A stretch of DNA of 64,000 bases from Bacteroidia bacterium (lineage in GTDB: Bacteria; Bacteroidota; Bacteroidia; SpSt-205). How positions within the stretch are numbered: the stretch's first letter is position 1; each line of letters starts with the position of its first letter. The stretch spans positions 2,202,466 through 2,266,465 of the forward strand of contig BPGV01000001.1 of assembly GCA_026003215.1 (NCBI GenBank), read 5' to 3'. A program made the translations under genes and the position numbers. Under the pieces are notes generated by a model that saw only the letters and a list, made by a program, of their open reading frames with translations, did no database searches and was not told where the DNA came from. Below are positions 58,896 through 64,000 of this stretch, one piece after another.

Positions 58896-59705
58896 TTACA
58901 CCGCCACCGGTGCAGGTAGCGCCGGATGATGCTGGTAGTTCAGGAGGGTAACATCTTCCGGGGTAAAATCATCCAGCTCTCGCTTGAAGGGATTTAGAGC
59001 GATTTGAGGGAGAGGATACGGTGTGCGACTAAGCTGAATGCGCGCCTGCTCCTCATGGTTTCGGTACAAATGCACATCCCCTAAGGCAAATACCACCCGA
59101 TGCGGCGTATAGCCTGTACAGTGAGCTACCAGATGAAGCAGGAGGGCATACGAGGCCACGTTGAACGGTAGGCCCAAAAACACATCGGCGCTGCGTTGAT
59201 ACACTTGGATAGATAGCCGCTGGCTGTCTGGCTCAGCATAAAACTGGAAGAGCACATGACAAGGGGGCAGTTTCATCTCTGGCAGCTGGGCTACGTTCCA
59301 TGCGGAGACGAGGAGGCGGCGGCTGTAGGGGTTTTCGCGCAGGCTCCGAATCACAGCACCCAGTTGGTCGTAGGCTTCGCCCTTGTAGCCGGGCCAGCGC
59401 CGCCATTGATACCCATAAATCGGCCCTAATTCCCCCGCTTCATCCGCCCACTCATCCCAAATCGTCACCTGGTGCTCATGAAGATAACGAATATTCGTTT
59501 CCCCCCGCAAAAACCAAAAAAGCTCAAACAAAATGGACTTGAAATGCACCTTCTTGGTGGTCAAAAGCGGAAATCCCTCCGACAGATCCACATCCAGCTG
59601 TACCCCAAAAAGCCCACGGGTACCTACGCCGGTCCTATCCATGCGGACGGGGGCGCTAAGGAGACGCTCCAGCAGAGAGAGATAGGCCCTTTCGTAGCGG
59701 CTCAT
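58896..59705 (-). CDS. thyA: Thymidylate synthase
   Basis: DRTGVGT, FPLLTTKK, GPIYGYQWR, LPPCH, YQRSADVFLGLPFN. Confidence 0.97.
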   Translation of the reverse strand: MSRYERAYLSLLERLLSAPVRMDRTGVGTRGLFGVQLDVDLSEGFPLLTTKKVHFKSILFELFWFLRGETNIRYLHEHQVTIWDEWADEAGELGPIYGYQWRRWPGYKGEAYDQLGAVIRSLRENPYSRRLLVSAWNVAQLPEMKLPPCHVLFQFYAEPDSQRLSIQVYQRSADVFLGLPFNVASYALLLHLVAHCTGYTPHRVVFALGDVHLYRNHEEQARIQLSRTPYPLPQIALNPFKRELDDFTPEDVTLLNYQHHPALPAPVAV

Positions 59706-59751
59706 ATGTCAATAGTACAACAAATCTTGTGCCATTTTTTCCGCTATTTTT

Positions 59752-61287
59752 TCACAGGCCTCGCAGCCATTCAGGCACGCTGAGCTTTTCCCCCAAATAG
59801 AAGCGCACTTGGCTCATAGGAAGCCGAATCTGCTCCAGCGTATCGCGGTCTCGCACCGTCACGGTTTCCTCTTCAAGGGTCTGGCCATCTATGGTGAGGC
59901 AAAAAGGCGTACCCTTGGCATCATAGCGCCGATACCGCCGCCCGATGGAGTCTTTTTCTTCATAGGCTACCATAAAGTAAAACCGCAGCTCTTCATACAG
60001 CTTGCGGGCTTTTTCTATAAACTCGTCTTTACGCACCAGCGGGAAAATCGCCACAGGAATCGGCGCCAAAATAGGGTGTATTTTCAGTACGGTGCGCAGT
60101 TCTTGGCCGCCTTCGGCGGTGGGCGCCATCTCTTCGGTATATCCTTGCGCTAAGTGAGCCAGGACCAACCTATCCAAGCCCACAGAGGTCTCTATCACAT
60201 AGGGGATGTACGATTCGCCCAAGGCTTCGTCGTAGTACTCCAGTTTTTTGCCGCTGTATTGGGCGTGGCGGGAGAGGTCGTAGTTGGTGCGGGAATGGAT
60301 GCCTTCCAGCTCTTTGAAGCCGAAGGGAAACGCAAACTCAATATCGGTAGCCGCGCGGGCATAATGGGCCAGGTGTTCGTGGTCTTTGAAACGGAGGTTT
60401 TCGGGGCGCAGGCCCAAGTGCTGGTGCCAGCGCATGCGTTTTTCCTTCCAGTACGCGTACCATTCGTCTTCGGTGCCCGGCCGCACGAAAAACTGCATCT
60501 CCATCTGCTCAAACTCCCGCATCCGAAAAATAAACTGCCGCGCCACAATCTCATTCCGAAAAGCCTTACCTATCTGAGCAATCCCGAAGGGTATTTTTTG
60601 CCGGGCCGTTTTGAGTACCAGGGGGAAATCTACGAAAATGCCTTGGGCGGTCTCGGGTCTTAGGTAGATTTCTAAGGCTTCGTCGGCGATGGCGCCCAGC
60701 TGCGTGGAAAACATGAGGTTGAACTGGCGTACAGGGGTCCATTCGGTGGCTCCGCTTTCGGGACAAGGGATTTTTTCTTCTTGGAGCAGGGTAGTGAGGG
60801 CTGCCCAATCCCGCGCAGAAAGGGCCGCAGCGAGTTTTTGGCGCAGGGTCTGGGCGCGCACATAATCTTTGTGCGCCTGCAACTGCTCTTCTATGGCCTC
60901 GGGGGGAAGGCCTGCTTTGCGGGCTTTCTTCTCTACTTCCTTGCGCGCGCGCTCTTCTAATCGCTGGGCGTAGTCTTCTATAAGGGTATCTACCCGGTAG
61001 CGCTTTTTGGAAACTTTATTATCCACAAGCGGGTCATGAAAGGCTTCTACATGGCCGGAAGCCTCCCATACGCGCGGATGCATGAGTATAGCGGCATCTA
61101 AGCCTACGATATTTTCATGCAGCTGCACCATCGCCCGCCACCACAGTTCTGCGATTCGCCGTTTTAGTTCTACGCCTAAGGGACCATAGTCGTAGATGCC
61201 CCCTATCCCTTCGTAAAGCTCACTCCCGGGATAAATAAAGCCTTGCTCCTTAGCAAAGGCTGCCAGTTTGGTCAGGTCTATGGCCAT
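59752..61287 (-). CDS. glyQS: Glycine--tRNA ligase (alpha2 type)
   Basis: YDYGPLG, FNLMF, YLRPETAQGIF, FRNEI..RQFIFRMREFEQME, IGRRYRR. Confidence 0.95.
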   Translation of the reverse strand: MAIDLTKLAAFAKEQGFIYPGSELYEGIGGIYDYGPLGVELKRRIAELWWRAMVQLHENIVGLDAAILMHPRVWEASGHVEAFHDPLVDNKVSKKRYRVDTLIEDYAQRLEERARKEVEKKARKAGLPPEAIEEQLQAHKDYVRAQTLRQKLAAALSARDWAALTTLLQEEKIPCPESGATEWTPVRQFNLMFSTQLGAIADEALEIYLRPETAQGIFVDFPLVLKTARQKIPFGIAQIGKAFRNEIVARQFIFRMREFEQMEMQFFVRPGTEDEWYAYWKEKRMRWHQHLGLRPENLRFKDHEHLAHYARAATDIEFAFPFGFKELEGIHSRTNYDLSRHAQYSGKKLEYYDEALGESYIPYVIETSVGLDRLVLAHLAQGYTEEMAPTAEGGQELRTVLKIHPILAPIPVAIFPLVRKDEFIEKARKLYEELRFYFMVAYEEKDSIGRRYRRYDAKGTPFCLTIDGQTLEEETVTVRDRDTLEQIRLPMSQVRFYLGEKLSVPEWLRGL

Positions 61288-61296
61288 AAATGTGTG

Positions 61297-62565
61297 TTAT
61301 AGGTAAGCTTTTCGTAGGTAGGGTTGTAAGACTTCGGGCACGCGAATGCGTCCATCGGGCAGTTGATGGGTTTCTAAAATAGCCGCGACGATGCGCGGCA
61401 GCGCCAGCGCACTCCCATTGAGGGTATGCACCAGCTCGGTACTTTTACCTTTGCGGTAGCGAAGTTTCATGCGGTTAGACTGGAAAGTCTCAAAGTTGCT
61501 GATAGAACTCACTTCCAGCCAGCGCTGCTGGGCAGGACTCCACACCTCCACATCATACGTCTTGGCCGAAGCAAAACTCATATCCCCCCCACATAAAAGC
61601 ACCGTCCTAAAGCTAAGCTCTAACTTTTCCACCAGCCCTTGTACGTAGTGACGCATTTCTTCCAGCACGGTGTACGAATCTTCGGGCTTGACTATTTGCA
61701 CAATCTCCACTTTGTCAAACTGATGCAGGCGGTTGAGCCCCCGCACGTCCTTCCCATACGAACCCGCTTCGCGCCGAAAACACGGCGAGTACCCGCAAAT
61801 CTTTATAGGGAGTTGGCTTTCTTCCAGGATCTCCCCGCGGAAGTAGTTGGTAAGGGGCACTTCGGCGGTGGGGATAAGGTAAAGTTCGTCTAAGGGGATG
61901 TAATACATCTGGGCGTCCTTGTCGGGGAGCTGTCCTGTGCCAAAAGCAGTATCGGTATTCACCAGGAAGGGGGCCTCCATCTCTATGTAGCCGGCTTTTT
62001 CGGCTTCCTCCAAGAAAAACTGAATGAGGGCGCGTTGGAGCTTCGCGCCATCGCCTACATAAAAGGGAAAGCCCGACCCCGTGACCTTAGCGCCCCGTTC
62101 AAAGTCGATAAGTCTGCGCTTTTCGGCCAGCTCCCAGTGAGGCAGGCGCCCATCGGGTGGCAAAGGCGGACGGTCATTTTGATAAACGACTACATTATCT
62201 GCTGCTGAACGCCCCTCTGGTACTGAGGGATGGGGTGGATTAGGCAGGCGTATGAGAATCTCTTCCAGTTTAGCTTCGGCATCCTTGAGCTTTTGTTCGG
62301 TGGATTGGAGCTCTTCTTTGAGGGCAGCGCTTTGGGCTTTGAGGGCTTCGGCTGGGTGGGGGTTTTGGGTACGCATGGCTTCGCCGATAGCGCGGGCAAG
62401 CTGGTTGAGTTGGGCGCGGGTGTTGTCTATGGCTTTTTGCAGGCGGCGCCGCTCCTCATCGTAAAATAATACCTGCTGCACCAGCGGGCCCGCATCCATG
62501 CCTTTCTTGGCTAAAGCCGCGATAACCTCCTCCGGTGCTTCCCGCAAGCGAGGCAACGGTATCAT
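61297..62565 (-). CDS. serS: Serine--tRNA ligase
   Basis: N-terminal coiled coil, GTGQLP, LIPTAEVP, FRREAGSYG, HQFDKVE, HTLNGS; start revised to 62565. Confidence 0.95.
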   Translation of the reverse strand: MIPLPRLREAPEEVIAALAKKGMDAGPLVQQVLFYDEERRRLQKAIDNTRAQLNQLARAIGEAMRTQNPHPAEALKAQSAALKEELQSTEQKLKDAEAKLEEILIRLPNPPHPSVPEGRSAADNVVVYQNDRPPLPPDGRLPHWELAEKRRLIDFERGAKVTGSGFPFYVGDGAKLQRALIQFFLEEAEKAGYIEMEAPFLVNTDTAFGTGQLPDKDAQMYYIPLDELYLIPTAEVPLTNYFRGEILEESQLPIKICGYSPCFRREAGSYGKDVRGLNRLHQFDKVEIVQIVKPEDSYTVLEEMRHYVQGLVEKLELSFRTVLLCGGDMSFASAKTYDVEVWSPAQQRWLEVSSISNFETFQSNRMKLRYRKGKSTELVHTLNGSALALPRIVAAILETHQLPDGRIRVPEVLQPYLRKAYL

Positions 62566-62623
62566 GGGCTGCAAAGTTAGCGCCGGGGCCCGCACCCTTG
62601 GAGAGAAGGTGTATTTTTGCTTT

Positions 62624-64000
62624 ATGGCCAAAAGTGGGTGGGTAATAGGGGGCCTTATAAGCTTCTTCGGGCTCTGGGCGCAGGAGGTTTTTTATGGGGA
62701 TTTGCGGTTTCGGGTGGCGCCGCCGGCCCGTACCTTAGCCGCTCAAGTAGAGTGGCACTTCCAAAACTTCCAGGGGCAGGAGATGGCCTGGGACTTGGGG
62801 CCCGGCTTAGAGATAGATACGCTGGCCGCCTCCGTGGGAGTAGATACCTTTTGGCGAGATACCGCCGCCCGCAAGGTATATGTGCGCTTCTCGGTGCCTT
62901 TGCAAGGCGAGCCGGCCTGGATACGCGTGACCTACCACGGAGAGCCGCGCAGCTCCGGCTTCGGTTCCTACGAAGTACAGAAACACGCCACAGGCTGGTG
63001 CCTCTGGACCCTCTCGCAACCTTATGGCGCGCCCGATTGGCTCTTTTGCCGAGATGGCCTCTCCGACAAAGTAGATTCTTTAGACATCCTTGTCAGCACG
63101 CCAGCGGAGTTATTGGGAGTAGCTAACGGCCGACTAATACAAGACAGCATAGACGTACAGGGGTGGCGCCATAGGAGCTTCCGACATCGGTACCCTATCG
63201 CGGTGTATCTTATTGCTTTTGCTGCTTCTAACTACGTAGTGCAGGAGTTTCCCGTGCAGACGCCTTATCATACTTTTACCCTGCGAAACTATGTTTTTCC
63301 ACAAGATACGGCCGCTGCTCGGCAGCTTTCGCAGCAGTTTATTCCGTACATATCTTGGTTAGAAGAACGCATAGGGCCTTATCCGTTTGCCTCGGAGGAT
63401 TATCAGCAGGTTCAGATAGGCTGGGGGGGCGGGATGGAACACCAGACGGTGACTTTTTTTTGGGCGTTATACGCTGGAGCTGTGGGCGCATGAACTGGCC
63501 CATCAGTGGTTTGGCGACTGGGTCACCTGTGGGAGCTGGCACGATATCTGGCTCAATGAATCTTTTGCGACTTACTTAGGGGCACTGGCTTACGAAGCCG
63601 TAGCTCCACAATGGTGGCCGGTGTGGCGTAAAGGAGCTATTCTGCGCGCTTGGCAAGACACTCTCCACACCATATGGGTCGACGACACCTCCGATTTCCG
63701 TCGTATCTTTCTATACGAGACCACTTACCTGAAAGGCGCGTTGGCCCTGTATACCCTGAGGCTGTATGTAGGCGATTCGCTCTTTTGGGGAGCCTTGCGT
63801 AGGTATTTGGACACCTATGCCCGTGGGTTTGCAAAAACTGGAGATTTTATCACAGCCACGGCCCCTATTTTGTCAGAAAGAATAGCTCAAAGCTTTGTAG
63901 AGAGCTGGATATATACGCCGCATTTTCCTCGCCTACGCATTACATGGATAGACGGTAAGAGCGCACAAGTAGAAAGCTTTACAGCTTATCCTATGCGAGT
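62624..64000 (+). CDS. M1-family aminopeptidase (partial), frameshifted at T8 (63454-63461)
   Basis: GGMEHQT exopeptidase motif; after removing one T the frame reads HELAHQWFGD...WLNESFATY (HEXXH-x18-E) and stays open to the window end. Confidence 0.88.

Noticed and set aside
1-64000. Diversity-generating retroelement, integron integrase or IS transposase explaining the repeats
   Set aside because: No reverse transcriptase, tyrosine recombinase, HUH or DDE motifs recognised in any ORF of this window

Overview
This is a gene-dense, GC-rich chromosomal segment of a Bacteroidota bacterium. The evidence is gldD/gldE, type IX secretion (T9SS) C-terminal domains, TAnnTTTG promoter motifs and an alpha2-type GlyRS. 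Housekeeping genes (der, uvrA, groES/groEL, icd, ruvA, folB, tatD, rdgB, SUI1, udk, three PPIase/SurA-type genes, thyA, glyQS, serS) are interleaved with accessory surface genes. These include a signal-peptide TPR-CHAT protease, a stand-alone wza-wzc-cpsB module, two TonB-dependent receptors, five large T9SS cargo genes (two are tandem Gly-rich/PKD paralogues) and an S74 tail-fibre-like protein. I found no rRNA, tRNA, CRISPR array, integrase or transposase. The most unusual signal is a family of nine long GC-rich palindromes at four gene-junction sites, with divergent stems but a shared GCC-RYA-GGC tip. Two of these sites are copies of a ~100-bp triple-hairpin unit that show a compensatory base-pair change and inverted loops, and they bracket a 4.7-kb cassette. 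Other notable points are Bacteroidota -7 promoter boxes only 4-8 nt before start codons (probably leaderless mRNAs), a sigma54 promoter before groES, one genuine pseudogene, and several single-base homopolymer frameshifts that are probably sequencing errors. Product calls come from motif recognition only; no database searches were run.
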